From NCBI RefSeq assembly GCF_009914755.1, contig NC_060930.1: a stretch of 64,000 nt of DNA; one strand, 5' to 3'. Below the pieces are notes generated by a model that did not search any database, was not told the DNA's origin, and worked only from the letters and a program-made list of their open reading frames with translations. Source of the DNA: the human T2T-CHM13v2.0 reference genome, Homo sapiens. The stretch's first letter is position 1; each line of letters starts with the position of its first letter. Shown here in pieces: positions 63,209 to 64,000 of this stretch. Both the position numbers and the translations under genes were made by a program.

Positions 63209-64000
63209 GTGGCTGGCAAGATGGCCAAAAAGGAACAGCTCCAGTCTGCAGTTCCCAGCGAGATGAACATAGAAAGTGGGTGATGCCTGCATTTCCAGCT
63301 GAGGTACCCGGCTCATCTCACTGGGACTGGTTAGACAGCCGGTGCAGCCTACGGAGGGCAAGCTGAAGCAGATTGGGGCGTCGCCTCACCCGGGAAGTGC
63401 AAGGGGTTGGGGAACTCCCTCCCCTAGCCAAGGGAACCCTGGAGGGACTGTGCCGTGAGGAATGGTGCATCCCAGCCCAGATACTACGCTTTTCCCACGG
63501 TCTTTGTAACTTGCAGACTAGGAGATTCCCTTTGGTGCCTATGCCACCAGGGCCCTGGGTTTCAAGCACAAAACTGGGTGGCCATTTGGGCAGACACTGA
63601 ACTAACTTCAGGAGCTTTTTTTTTTCATACCCCAGTGGCACCTGGAATGCCAGCAAGACAGACAGTTCACTCCCCTGGAAAGGGGGTGAAACCAGGAAGC
63701 CAATGCTCAGCAGATCCCACCCCCATGGAACCCAGCAAGTTAAGATCCACTGGCTTGAAATTCTCCTTGCCAGCACAGCAGTCTGAAGTCCACGTGAGAG
63801 CTCCAGCTTGGTGGAGGGAGGGGCGTCAGACATTACTGAGGCTTGAGTAGGCGGTTTTCCCCTCACAGCCTGAACAAAGCTGCTGGGAAGTTTGAACTGG
63901 GCAGGGCCCATTACAGCTCAGCAAAGCCGCTGTAGCCAGACTGCCTCTCTAGTTCCTCCTTTCTGGGAAGGGCATCCCTGAAAGAAAAGCAGCAACCCCA
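63209..64000 (+). mobile_element. 5' UTR of an L1PA7-like LINE-1; continues beyond window end
   Basis: gtggctggcaagatggcc start with YY1 site at 63217-63226; ccagggccctgggtttcaagcacaaaactggg segment; preceded by a TT/AAAA site. Confidence 0.9.

Overview
AT-rich hominid (human-like) non-coding DNA dominated by interspersed repeats. I found no cellular protein-coding gene, tRNA, rRNA or CRISPR array, and nearly all ORFs in the track are by-products of L1, Alu, SVA or LTR sequence. About 1.2-15.5 kb is an old, near full-length L1M that hosts five later insertions: an AluS, a full-length L1PA6-like element with an intact antisense ORF0, a FLAM, an AluJ and an unidentified ~670 bp retrocopy-like insert. 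At 32.0-34.0 kb a full-length SVA sits inside an AP-1-motif-bearing LTR10 solo LTR. Other elements include an internally deleted L1PA (38.5-41.7 kb), MaLR solo LTRs (MLT1, THE1, MST), an LTR9/MER61-type LTR, many Alus, MIR/L2 relics and the 5' UTR of an L1PA7-like element at the right edge. I see no convincing new biological system. The best leads are two unidentified retroposed-looking inserts (14.6-15.2 kb; 37.5-37.7 kb, predicted to be structured), the SVA-in-LTR10 composite and the intact ORF0. Subfamily calls come from my recall of consensus sequences, not from a database search.
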